Part shown: positions 48,181-60,640 of the stretch, in pieces | Layout of the letters: each line of letters opens with the position of its first letter | How positions within the stretch are numbered: the stretch's first letter is position 1 | Source of the DNA: Negaprion brevirostris | Taxonomy: Eukaryota | Length of the DNA: 64,000 nt | NCBI GenBank assembly: GCA_030324005.1 | Contig: JARDVH010000110.1 | Location: forward strand, 21,173,198-21,237,197 | Direction of reading: 5' to 3' | Made by a program: the position numbers and the translations under genes | The notes under the pieces: model-generated | What the model was told of the DNA's origin: nothing | The model's database searches: none | The model's input: only the letters and a program-made list of their open reading frames with translations

Positions 48181-51100
48181 CCATAGAACTGTGGAGACTA
48201 CACAGGCCTTTAAAAACAGTGGTCAGGGCTCAATTCTGCAGTTTGCGGCACCTTTTTGTCACACAACTTTTGTCATTGTGGGATAAGGGTGTAGGTTTAT
48301 ATCAGTCATGAGCCCACTCCCTGCACTCTCTGGCTTCATTGCAAGGTTAGCCATCTCTTAACATTAGCAATGTCCCACAGAGTTGAGACAGTTGTTCAAG
48401 GATTCTGGGTTTGTAGAACCTCAGGGATGACTTGAATCATCTGGATGAGAAAAACTTTTGAAATATATATTCAAAAGGTCTTCATGCCAACTTATGCTTT
48501 TTCACCCACCCACGCATGACCACTCAATACCCTCCATGCTAACATCTAGAACTTCTATGCCCATTCACCCGGTATTGAAAGAATCAATGAACCCTATAGT
48601 AGCAATGGCATTTGTGGAAAAGATTGAAAAGAACATTCATTACAAGCTTTCTTTTAAAATCATATTTTACTAAGCCCTATAAAAGTATAAGTCTACCAAA
48701 CCTTTCAAGTATCAATAACAGAAGCTACAAACATGTGACATCACTTTATCTTGTGTAAATAATCATTGTACAATTGGCAAAGAGAAAGAGCTATGAATCA
48801 AACAATGTTTTCCTTTGTGTGCAGTGGTTTCAGCAGACCAATGGATGTCTAGACTCTTAACCAAGAGAGCTTCACTGTTTCATCATTAATTTCTTTGTGT
48901 TGCCAATTTTCACGACCAGTTTTCCTCTTGTCTCAAGGGCTTTGTCCCTTACTAGATGCAGTTCAACAAGCATCTTCATTTCTTTGCCATAATATTATTT
49001 ATCTTATCCTTGCCTTTGAACATCAGCAGGCAAAATATACTCTTTGAGAAGTCACAGGTAGCCCGTTTCCATCGTACGTGGCATACGCATATAGCAGGGA
49101 TTGTTAAATTACAACTAGAATTAAGGACATTGGATTATGTGCCTAACTCTGACAGAGAAAGTGCTTTGATACCCATGAGACAAGGTTGGTTTTAAAAAAA
49201 AAAGCAACTTATTTCTTTTCCTTAAGGACACTGAATAAATTATATCTCAAATCAGTGTCAGCTTCTGGATAAGCACTGACTAGAAATCAAATTTGGGTCC
49301 TCCTCGCTTGTTTTTCTTTAGAATATTGAGTAAAAATCCAAGTTGTTACAATCACTGCCAGCTTCATTTGGAAATGCATTTTAGTGAATAGTTCGTAAGC
49401 TATTGTTTTCTTTTAAGCTTGAACGTGAGAGCCATCGGTTCAGTTGTGTATTCCATAGGTCCAGACGGGTTTAAAATAAAGAAAACAAAAAGTATAATTG
49501 AACAGTGGCGCTAATTTTGTATTCTGAAAATACTGGATGTAAAATGGAATTGTCCCCTGTAGGCAGGGTTTGTAATGCTGTCATACATAAGGATATTTAA
49601 AATTACACCGTTTTAAGGTAGTTTCCTAANNNNNNNNNNCTAATAAGTCCCTAAAATCAATTGTAAGTGATCTATAATCATTGAGCGTTATTGTGAAAGT
49701 TGGTATATCAGAAGGTGGTTATGGAATTTTTGTTCTGCGTAGTTTTGGTACTTGTGAAGAGGCCATTAAATGCCTTCAGAATATCAGTTTATATGGAGTA
49801 CCAGATCTAAAGTATGTGGAAATTTTTTGTCAGTTGTTTAACTGTTTACCATGTAAGTAAAATTTAAATTGAATCAGAATCCATTCTGAAATTCTCAATC
49901 TTTGCAAACAAAACTCTAAGTCCATTTGAACCCATCTGTCCAGTATATCAATCCTAATTTCTTCACATAATGGCACCTAGCTATTTCTTACATGAGACCA
50001 GTATTCAGGCTTCAACCACACCTAATGACAGCCTTTTCTAGATTATCAAGTAATAACCGATAGAATCCAAGGATGTGCAATAATTAAATTCAAATTGAAA
50101 CTTATTAAGAGTAGATCCAAATATGTTTAAAGTTTTATCCTTGCATTAAGGTAGAAGTAATCATGTTCAGCATCTTGAGATCTATATAAAGAGGTATACC
50201 TGGTTCATGTGCAAGTATCAGTCTGAGATTCTGATCATTCTTGCAGTCCACCCAACATTCCAGTGTGAACGTAAAACATGAAATTGCTTATGCTTCAGTC
50301 ATTGAGATTTGAACCGAATATACATTGTAACTTGAACCAAAAGTACTGTTTAATATCACTTAAAGAAAGTGAGATTTTCCTATTTCATGAGCGCAAAGCA
50401 CTCATTGAGAAAAAGTTTACCATTCTGCCTTACAGAATGGAGGGAAGCAGAAACTTACCTTTTAAACTGTGGATATTCTGATGGTTGAACAACTAGATTA
50501 TGTGCTAACGTGCTGCCTTCTGTAGACTGCCTGCAGAAGATGCTGTCGCATAGCATAAATACGGGACGGTTACAATCCTGTTCAAAAAGTCTAATTTTCT
50601 TTTTGTAATTATCTTATTGGTATGTTGTGTATACCTTAATTCAAAAGATGATACCTACCTGTGTATTAAATATAAAGCTTAGTATTGACCTATATGAAAC
50701 ATTGTTTACCAGAAATACAATATCATACATTTTTACAGCAGAATGCTATTCTACAATTCTGAGATTTCTCAAAAGAATACAAGGTTAACAGGAATCTTCA
50801 TTAGCCACATGGTTCACACTACAATGCAAGTAATATTTAAGAGTTGTACATGGTTTTAGAAAGAAGCAAACCAGCAGCCAACCAGTTATGTTTGTTGGCT
50901 TCTAACTGCTGTATAGATGAGTGAAAGCAGAATTCCGTATTTGCGTACTTAAATCTATGTGGAGAGTTCTGCTAATTGTTGTAAAAATGCTCATGAAGGT
51001 TTACTACAGGCTTCCTTGTTAGCATAAAACTTTAAAAGGTTTGTCTGTTGCAATTATACCGTGGACTGTGCAAAGCCATAGCTATATACAACCACTTCCT

Positions 51101-53083
51101 TAAGGTGGTCAACCACCTAAAGACAAATTTGAAGTTCAAATCTGTCTGATTGCAGTTATGCTGTATATTTTGCATTACTAATGTTGTTCACCAACGTGCA
51201 AAATATACACCACATCTGCCTAGCAAGAGTGAATCTGGAAACAAAGCCATGGAGAATTTCCACAGAACAGGTTCCAAAATAATGATTCACTTAAGTGTAT
51301 ATTACATATGGTGATATTCCAAGATAATATCTGCAATAGGATTATATTGTGAAAGTGACAACATCTTCTGATTCATAATGTGCTACTGGTTAAATTGCAG
51401 TAAATTAAAAACAGACTACCATTGATCTTTCATTTAGTTCATAAAACAGTTGTAGGATGTTTTTCCCAGCTGTTCAAAGAGGAACTCTGCCTGAATGATG
51501 ATTGTGAATATGCTGAAATTTCACTGCATTATATGAATGATACAATTAACCTTGGAAGGGAATAGTCAGCAAAGGTTCTTCTGATCGTTATCCAATGACA
51601 CCTGCTGGAAAGTGTATGTGATGCATATGTATAGTATGTGTGCGTGTATGTGTGCGTGTTTGTATATATAAACATATATATGCTACAAAAGCTGTTTTAA
51701 GATGACCACTTGGACAAGTTAGAGAACGGTCAGTACCCATCGTTCCATATCCAAGCAAACATCAGCAGCTATCAGGAATAAAGAAAATGTGCACCTAGCT
51801 GATATTCAAATTTGTGTATAATTCAACAGTGAGAAGGGTTTGGTTGTGAGGATCTCATTGATCTTTTGCTCTGCAGAAGCTGTGAACAAGAGTACGTTGC
51901 ATCATTTCCTGTGATGAGTATTTTTACTCTAAACTGTTTATTTTACATGTATATTTTATACACTGCAGATGATATATAAAGTACAAAATTCAGTGACTTG
52001 AAGGAGTATGGGAAGCTGAAATATTAAAAGATGTATTTAGCAGTTGTGTCTTTTATAAACAGTTCCCATAATTGGGTGGAGCTAGTCGGTATTTCTGGAA
52101 TTTGTGTGACTTTTCCACCTCATCTGCTTTTAAAAAAAAAATTCCTGCCTTTGATTAGAACTGATGCAGCAGCTCCTGTGAGAGCTGAGATGTGCTTCTT
52201 GGTAGCTGCTGTCTGACTAGCTCAAAGCAATACTTATAAATCTGTAAACAAGTAAGTACACTTGTACTCTTGACCCCATTTAAGATGGATTGCTTATTGC
52301 AATGGAAATGGTTAACAGTAAACAATTTTACATGGTTTCAAATTGGTGGGAATATTGACGGATTTAATCTTAAAGGACCACTAGATTGAACATTTTGGCC
52401 TCGGTTAGGACTCTTTGGCCAGTTGAATATACTGTAATAGAAGACTAATACAGAGAACATACCAAAAGCAAAGTTTTATGTTGCAATGTATTCCAGTCAT
52501 TCACTTTCACTACAATCTTGGAATCATGAGGAACTTCGGGTGTAGTTTGAGGAAAGTGAAAAAGGGCATTTCATAATGAAGATTCATCATAGTGTATAGC
52601 ACATGCTGTTAGGAATATCCCCATTGATTATAAAACAAATAACACTGGATTTGAAGTGCTGAATATAGTGGACTGAAAAAGGCCATTTGATGCCCCAACT
52701 ACTGCCTGTCAGAATGCAGCGTCTTATGAACTGTATTGTCTGCGCAACTTGCTCAATAGCTATTGTTTGGGCTGTACAATAATCAATGCTCAGTATACGT
52801 TTAACTGTTGCTTTATTGTGACTGTATAGCTTTGTAGTCAAGCTTTACAATCTGCCTTTAAGGCCTGTTTTAAAGGCCATCAAATTTCTGGTGGGCAGGA
52901 CATTATTTTTTAATAATTTGTTCTTTTAGCTGTCTGCCAGAAATATATTAAACCAAATCATGTTCCATAGTGAGGGATGTGTTCAGTGGTTAATTATCTG
53001 TTCATGAGCAAGACTGTCCTGTGAAATAAGACCAAAATAACGTAGATCTTCTGTATTTGTACATGGTGAAAAAGAAGTCAGAG

Positions 53084-53089
53084 AATAAA
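53084..53089 (+). terminator. Candidate distal polyadenylation signal of NSD1
   Basis: AATAAA with upstream TGTA elements (53052, 53058) and a downstream GU/U-rich tract (tttgttgctgtttgc...tttggtttt). Confidence 0.65.
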
Positions 53090-53439
53090 GGTTACATTTA
53101 CTGAAACTTAAAAGATTTGTTGCTGTTTGCTATTTAATCTTTTTGCACTGCTTTGGTTTTAGAGCCATAAATCAAAAGTATAACATTAGAGTTCTTAAAT
53201 GTTAGTGCTACTCCTTTTCTGAAATTGTAACCAGCCAAAAATATAATTTCCCTATGCTCTTCAAAACCTCAAATGTACATTTGATACAGTTCCCACGTTC
53301 TCCAGAACACCATTTTGCATCTGGGCCAAAATCAAACAGACAAGAGTACAATAATAACAATGACACTCGATTCAATAAAATGGGATCATTAACTCAGTTT
53401 ATAGGAACATATTTGAAATATTGTGCACAGCTTTAGAAC

Positions 53440-55150
53440 CATGTATGCCATTTACCCCCACAAGCCTGTTCTGTCATTCAGTGAGATGAGGAGTGATCTC
53501 TAACCTAATTGCTTGTTACAGAGGGGGAAGACCTGATAATCAGATGTTAATGTATGGAAATGATGATCAGAAATTCTATCATATCACTGGGGTTGTGTGA
53601 CAATATTTGCATTGCGTTTTTGTCAACATGAAATGCAATTTGGGCCTTGCGAAATTTTCTACTCCCGTCACCAAACCTGCCAGAAAGAAACGGGAATGGA
53701 ATGTTCTAGCTAGTATTTCAGTTGTGGTCTAAGTAGCCTTTATATAACTGTTGAGTAACCTCAATCCCCTTGCATTCTTATGTCCCAGATATAAATGCCA
53801 GCATTCCATTGGCCTTTTTGATTATTTTCTGTACTTGTCCATGACTTTTTAATGATATGTATGTATATGAACCCTAAGTCTTGTTGGACCTCCACTGCTT
53901 TGAGCTTTTCACCATTCAGAAACTACTATCTCTCCTTTTATAGCTCCAGAGTGAATTCCTTCATATTTTCCTATATTGAAATCTGCAATATTTTGACTAA
54001 TCACAATCTATTAACATTAATAACCTGCTCCCATCTGTCCTGCCTTCAATAACATCATTGGTATACTTCAATGTGACTCTATATCCTACTACCTTTGTTA
54101 ATAAATATAGTGAATAGATGAGGTCTCAACCTGTGGGACACCACTTTTCATATCCTGCTCATTAGAGTAGCTGTATTATCAATACACTATGTCCTGCTGT
54201 CCTGCCAGTTTTCTAGCCAGGTCAATCATTTGCTTTTCCATGAAATTCAACTTCAGCAAACAGCCTCACGTGAGGAACTTTATCAAATGCCTTCTGGAAA
54301 TCTATTTAAAAAGCATCTAGCAATTTTGTCCTCTTTGCTACTTTAGTCACCTCTCAGAATTCAATCAGGTTCTTCAGGTGCAGTTTAGCGTTTACAATTC
54401 CATTCTCTGAACAAGATGTTCAATCATTGTATCCTTAAATATAGGCCCTAATAATATCCTGCCAACTAACAGATCTATAATTCATTGCTTTAATTCTCTC
54501 ATCCTTCTTAAATAGAATCATAGAATCCTATAGTGCAGAAGGAGGCCGTTCAACCCATCAAGTCTGCACCGAACACAATCCCACACAGGCCCTGTCCTCT
54601 TGACTCCATACATTTACCCTAGCTAGTCTCCTGACACCAAGGGCCAATTTAACTTGGCCAATCCACCTAACCCGTACATCTGGATTATGGGAGGAAACCA
54701 GAGCACTTGAAGAAAGCCCATGCAGACACAGGAGAATGTGCAAATTCCACCGTTAGTAACCCAAGCTGGGAATCAAACTCGAGTCCTGGAGATGTGAGGC
54801 AGCAGTGCTAACCACTGTGCCATAATGCCGCCCCTGCATAGTGACCATTTCCCTGCCAAATGGAACAGATGCTCAACTGAAATAACATTGGAAGATTATA
54901 ATTAGGACATCTACAATGTTCTCATTGACAATATAATACTCTGGATGGCAATCATCTGGTCTTGGGGACTTTTTAGTGCTTTTATTTTCTACACTACTGT
55001 TACTTTGTTTATGTTGGTTTAGATGATAGAATATTAGTTTCACTGGGATGTCCAGCATGCTATATATAATAGATATTCTTCCTATACTGTAAATACTGAC
55101 ACTATTTTTTTGAAGTGTCCATCATGTTATTTGTCTGCCAATTTAGAAAT
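53440..55150 (-). mobile_element. CR1-type LINE remnants
   Basis: Reverse-complement RT text (aactttatcaaatgccttctggaaatc = DFQKAFDKV at ~54277-54303). Confidence 0.7.
54513..54833 (-). mobile_element. HE1-like V-SINE
   Basis: tagaatcatagaatcc tail through gcagcagtgctaaccactgtgcc head. Confidence 0.88.
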
Positions 55151-56195
55151 GTCTCAAATTTTAAAATGTTAAATTTCAATTTCCTCCATGGCTTTGTCCC
55201 TCATCTTTACAATGTCCATAATCTCTCAACCCTCCTCTAATTCTGGCCACTTGAACTTTCTTGATTTTAATTACTCCACTACTGCTGGTTATGGCTTCTG
55301 CTACCTGGGCTCTTAAGTTCTGAAAATCCCTCCTTACGCCTCTCAACCCATTATCTTTCCTTGTTTAAGGTGCTTCTTAATACCTTCCTTTTCAACCAAG
55401 TGTTTGGTCATCTATCCCAATAATGCCTAATGTGACATATTGTCATGTTTTACATCGTGCCCTTGTGAAGTGCCTTGGGATATTTAATGATTTTAAAGAT
55501 GCCATCTATGTAGAAATCATTGTTGGCCCAACATGGGCCACAATGACTGAATCCTCACTTTCCCCATTGAATATACTTTCAAGTTAATTCAAGATGACCC
55601 TCACCTTAGCACCTCGGAGACAGCATACCAATTGGGAACTCTAAAGGATGTTATTTATCTCCCTAATTCTTGAATTCCGTACAACTACCATATCACGTTT
55701 TCCTTCTTTCTCCCTCCGGCTGGCAGCCTCTGTCGCCAATGTTCTATCGTCAAAATTCTGACTGTCCTCCCTACAATTATTATCACTATCCTCGTTATGT
55801 AGCATGTACATTCTGCCTGTTGTATAGAATTAGTCATTGCAGATCCTCGTTCTTTTTCTCAGCTAAGTTCTCCTTACCCTGCAGATTGGTAGCTGTATCA
55901 ACCCTTCTGTGATCTTGCACTTCCGTGAGTTGTGACCAAGGTCTAGAGCTAACTGCTCAGATACGCCTTCCCTCCCTTGTGTGTCAGTCTTCCTTCAACT
56001 TTCAATTTTATTCATGGACATCTGAGCTGGAGAGATTATGAGCTGGAGACATTTACTCAGATGTGTTTGCTGTCTACTAGATCCCATGTACTATTCACAA
56101 ATTTCAAGCCTTGCTTTTAAAAGGACATTTTTGACTTGCTGAATGTCAGGAACTCAATTTTTAATCTAATTTAAAAAGATTATTAAAAAAGTAAA

Positions 56196-56666
56196 AGTTA
56201 TTTATTAGTCACAAGTAAGGCCTACATTAACACTGCAATGAAGTTACTGTGAAACACCCTTTAGTCACCACACTACAGTGCCTGTTCGGGTCGATGCACC
56301 TAACCAGCACTTCTTTCAAACTGTGGGAGGAAACCGAAGCACTCAGAGGAAACCCACGCANNNNNNNNNNNNNNNNNNNNNNNNNNNNNNNNNNNNNNNN
56401 NNNNNNNNNNNNNNNNNNNNNNNNNNNNNNNNNNNNNNNNNNNNNNNNNNNNNNNNNNNNCACCACACTACAGTGCCTGTTCGGGTCAATGCACCTAACC
56501 AGCACTTCTTTCAAACTGTGGGAGGAAACCGAAGCACTCAGAGGAAACCCACGCAGACACAGAGAGAACATGCAAACTCCGCACAGACAGTGACCCAAGC
56601 CGGGAATCAAACCCAGGTCCCTGGCACTGTGAGGCAGTAGTGCTAACCACTGTGCCACCATGCCAC
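56196..56666 (-). mobile_element. HE1-related V-SINE (alternative tail), falsely duplicated across a 100-N gap
   Basis: Head and core as in other copies; 56266-56360 is repeated at 56461-56555. Confidence 0.85.
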
Positions 56667-58024
56667 GTTCTTTTTCCTAGGAAAAAAAATTTGGTTCTGT
56701 AAATCATGAAAAAATGGATATAGTTGGGTTTGTTTAATTTATTTAAATTTGAATTGCAGACCTGGATTTAAAATGGGATGCAGAAGTACTATTTAGAAAT
56801 ATGGAATTGGATAGCTTCAAGCAAGATTACATATGGAAGGTGTTTCTCCTACATAACAGGTGAAATAGATATACTCAAATTCTTTCTCAACCAGTTTACT
56901 TCAGCACTTTGCATAGCAGATAGATAGTTGGGTTTTTGAAGTCAATTTTAATCAAGATTCGAGGGAAACCCCAACCTTGTCCGTAGCTGGGATTCTTCAG
57001 TGCCGCTGCAGTGAATGGAGTTTTGGCTGGGTGTCAGACTCCATTCTTACTGAGAGTGGGTGGGAATGAAGGAGATCGAAGAATCCCTCCACCAAAGAGT
57101 CTAAACCTCAGTGCTTTCACAGTGAACATTAGTTGTGATTACAGTAAGCAATCATGCCCATCTACGTGAGATTATTTCTATTCATGTGAGCTCATCGTGA
57201 GATCAGTGATCAGAATATGCTGTTGAAGTGGAAGATTTTGGTCAAGTTTGATTGACAGGCCTCCTGGTAAAATACTAAACACGAAATGAGTCAGGGGCTC
57301 TGACTTGACACTGAAGAGACCCTCGAGCAGTCAGTCAGTTAAGAGGAGAAATTGTTCCCCTCAATACTAGAGCTACTCAGTCAAAAGACAAATAGGAATA
57401 GTTATGTGCGTCTGCTAATATAGTATGCTAAATTATTATTTTCAAAGAGGTTGCTGGTAGTTGGATGCATCAAATAGAAAACTGATTACATTCATTATCT
57501 GTAAAGTAGTTCAACAAATTGTATCTGGCCTCATCTGATGTAAGTATTTCCCTTTGTTTTACACATAGACTTGAGAAGTGCACGTGAGAACATGTGAAAA
57601 ACAGGGTATCATGTTAAGATCACCAGGGAGAGAGGTTGTTGCACCCTTGGTTCATACTAGCACATAAGTAGATACTGAACCACTGACCAGCAGAACTGAA
57701 GCTGAGAGACTATGCAACGCTTATGTGAAATTTGCAAACTATACAGATAGGTGTGCATATGTCCTGTGAAATGCTCATAGTTATGGGAACATTCACATAT
57801 ATTTTGTGAGGTACATTCAGAAGTACATTTACACATTTTGAATGTGTATATTCCCATACATTGCTTACGAAGTCATTGTGCAGCCTAACCAGTGGGAGGT
57901 AAACTGTGCCACATCTCGGATGGTTCAGCAAGAACATACTTTAACTGGGACAAATGTGCAGAGTGCAAGACAGTTGTTTGGCCCAGGGCTTTGGGACCCT
58001 GTTATATTTTTGAGTAGTGCACAT

Positions 58025-58160
58025 TTTGATGAAACATTCTGACTTGAAATGTTAACTCTGTTTTTTCTCTCAACAGGTGTCATCTGACCTGTTTCAATAT
58101 TTCCAGCATTTTCTTTTTCTCATTTAGATTTCCAATATCCACAGTATTTTGCTTTTGTAT
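58025..58160 (+). mobile_element. Penelope terminal-repeat relic
   Basis: tttgatgaaac...gacttgaaatgttaactctg...ttccagcattttc...cagtattttgcttt, reverse-complement-like to 47826-47915. Confidence 0.6.
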
Positions 58161-59299
58161 TTTTGGGGTCAGTCTCCCTCATGGCCAGTATCCTGTACTG
58201 CTTGATATCTTCCATTTCTGAATGACAGATCTCTCTGACATTTCATCCATATATATGTAAAGTAAATGAGGCAGAGCTGCTGCTGGAGTCAGCCATTCCA
58301 GTGACCAGTCTGAACATGGTAAATTTGGAGTATTAACATACTATTGCTGCTGGCTGCCAATTTTAAACTTTTTAACATCTGCACACCCTGATGTTGATAT
58401 TTTAAGATTCTGAAGATATTTAGACAAATTATAGTTATTATATGGAATCAAAGTTTTTATTGCTTTTGTAATAAATTCAAACACAATCAAGGGCCCTCCA
58501 GGATATATTATGCATTATGAAAATTCCAATGCTGAGTGTACCCTACAAGCTTGCTAGTTATAACATAATGGGCATCATTAAGCATGTTGAATAAGAGAAG
58601 CTGAGTAAACTCAGTTGAAAATGATGGCCTTATGCAATTTGAAGAGACTGATGTGTTGGAATGAATTAATTTTTTTTCCCCAAATGATTTTTCTTTCTAT
58701 ACAAGCTCAAGTTACCTTTGTCAGTGTTATTACTGTTTGGATTGTGGTAGTATTTGTTTGCACTAAGTTACCTGCAGCCCACATCACATTTGTTTCTTGT
58801 TCGTATTGGCACTTTGATAATGAGGTATTTTTATGTATTACTAGTACTTTCTTGAATTGGAAGCAGCTCAAGAAAGAGGTTAATAACGTGAACTTTAACT
58901 GCAATTTCATTCCCAATAAGATACAATATTTTAATAAACCATTTTGAGGCCGAGTGTGACAGTATTGTCCAGGCAAGCTGTTGTGGATGAGTCTACTCAA
59001 AATGAGAAAGTGTTGCAAAGGTGCTTCATGAAATGGTCGGGTAAGCATGGAAACTTGCTAAGTTCTTGTGCCAGGAAATTGTTTGTTTGTTACAATTTCC
59101 AGTGCTATATTTTACAAAAGTGTGTTGTTTTTGAAGTACTCTGTTTAAGTATATTTGAGTGCTGTGGGAACCATCAGAGATTTGAATGAAGCCATGGGGT
59201 TGCCAGCCTGAAGGGCACTTTTCAAGAGAAGACAAGCTTATTGTCTATTTCCTATTGTGTCCAGGTAACCAGGGTTTCCTCAAACGCTCTGGATCAATC

Positions 59300-60060
59300 C
59301 GTAGTTGCTACTATAGTAATTCAACTATGCTTATGAGGTAAAATTCTGGTTGGTAGTGTTGGTGGGGATAGGGGGGTGGAGAAAGAGAGCTCCTGTCAGC
59401 AGTTGAGGAGAGCATTGAATGAATAATGTAGTCACTTGCAGCAACCCAAACAACAGCCTCTGCCACATCAAAGCTATGGCCTGCTCCTCTCCAAGTGTCC
59501 TCTTCCATTTGAGTGCTCACCTCCCCACACCTGTGAGGAACAACTGGCAAGCATGATACTCCCCATAGGGAATACTTCAAAAGTTCAAAGTATCCAAATG
59601 TTCTCCTCCACTCCCTGGACATTTAAAATATGGGATACCAAGCCAGGAAGAAGCATCTTGTCTGCAGTGGCTAACTGATCCAAAAGGCAGGACCCACTTA
59701 CCAATGCTTGCTGATACAAATTCTTCCCAGGATGAACTAGCCAGAAGTCCAGCCTGAATGACCCAGAAAGCACGATTTACTGGGCATACAACAGCTAACA
59801 GCAGCCCCAACCAACTCTCCACGTATGTCCTGTCTCTTTCCTCGATGCATCAATGCCATTAGTGGGTTAAGTGGGAATCAGTCCATTCAACACTTGATCG
59901 TGTCCATTAAAAACACTTGAGATGTGAATAGTAATTGTGTGGTCACACCTCATATCCACATTATGCAACAACACAATGGCTCCTCTGCATTGCTATTCCA
60001 CAGAGGAGCTAGACGAGAATAGCCCCCACCCATGTCCTGCTGGTGCTGGTCATAAGACCT
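59300..60060 (-). mobile_element. Degenerate LINE 5'/endonuclease-region fragment
   Basis: Fragmented minus-strand ORFs (e.g. LDFWLVHPGKNLYQQ); many stops. Confidence 0.4.
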
Positions 60061-60424
60061 CTTGATATAGAACAAAAACAGCCTGGGAAACAGGCCCTTC
60101 GGCCCAATGAGCCCACACCGCTATTTTAATATTACCAGTTTCCCCCCTCCACCCACGACCCTTATCTATTGTTTTTATGGCAATCCACATTGAGGGAAAC
60201 TAATTTAGGGCCCATTTATACTTCCAATNNNNNNNNNNNNNNNNNNNNNNNNNNNNNNNNNNNNNNNNNNNNNNNNNNNNNNNNNNNNNNNNNNNNNNNN
60301 NNNNNNNNNNNNNNNNNNNNNNNNNNNNCACCTTGCCCAATGTTTTTTATCAAGACTGAAGGGGAATGCAAATCTGTATTTCAGTCCGATTCCCATCTCA
60401 GTTTCTCTTGTTTTATTTGCAATG

Positions 60425-60640
60425 AAAAAGTAAAGTCACCATAGTCCCAAATGACCATAGGCTGCTCTTCTCTTTGAGGGGGGAAAAGCTGACTGGTGGT
60501 AATTTAACCCGAGGATCTCCACACCCCAGGTGAGAGGCAAGTTTGAGGAGGTAAACCTTTATATATAACCTCAGCTGGTACAAGAATTGAACTCATGCTG
60601 TTGGCATCACTCTGAATAACAAACCAGCCGTTTGATCTGA
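60425..60640 (-). mobile_element. tRNA-derived SINE (same family as 11600-11800 and 35020-35204)
   Basis: aaagtcaccatagtc...gctgactggtggtaatttaaccc...gaattgaactc is the reverse complement of 11650-11800. Confidence 0.75.

Larger units (their letters stand above)
2690..53110 (+). other. NSD1: NSD1-like gene, 3' portion (13 coding exons plus candidate long 3' UTR); 5' exons lie upstream of the window
   Basis: Exons splice in one frame (2205 nt including stop) with domain order PHD1-4, PWWP2, AWS, SET, post-SET, PHD5, C5HCH. NSD1-type peptides: ERGGGAAxKENVCQ, [17 protein letters not shown], [34 protein letters not shown]. Internal exon sizes 124/201/180/157/206/113/270/117/142/107/205 match human NSD1 exons 12-22 as recalled. 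Confidence 0.93.
42335..53110 (+). other. NSD1: Candidate ~10.7 kb NSD1 3' UTR
   Basis: AT-rich, no recognisable coding exons, no HE1 SINE or long LINE/LTR pieces; dense repeats resume just past the AATAAA at 53084. Confidence 0.55.

Noticed and set aside
52959-52981. Iron-responsive element
   Set aside because: The loop is ATAGTGA rather than CAGTGN and there is no unpaired C at the required spacing.
56266-56555. Apparent tandem duplication within a SINE
   Set aside because: Near-identical copies flank a 100-N gap; most likely haplotype or contig overlap.
58975-59020. CCG-TGA (CxxU-like) suggesting a selenoprotein
   Set aside because: A second TGA and an upstream TAG lie in the same joined frame, I see no SECIS, and the context does not match Rdx-family proteins.
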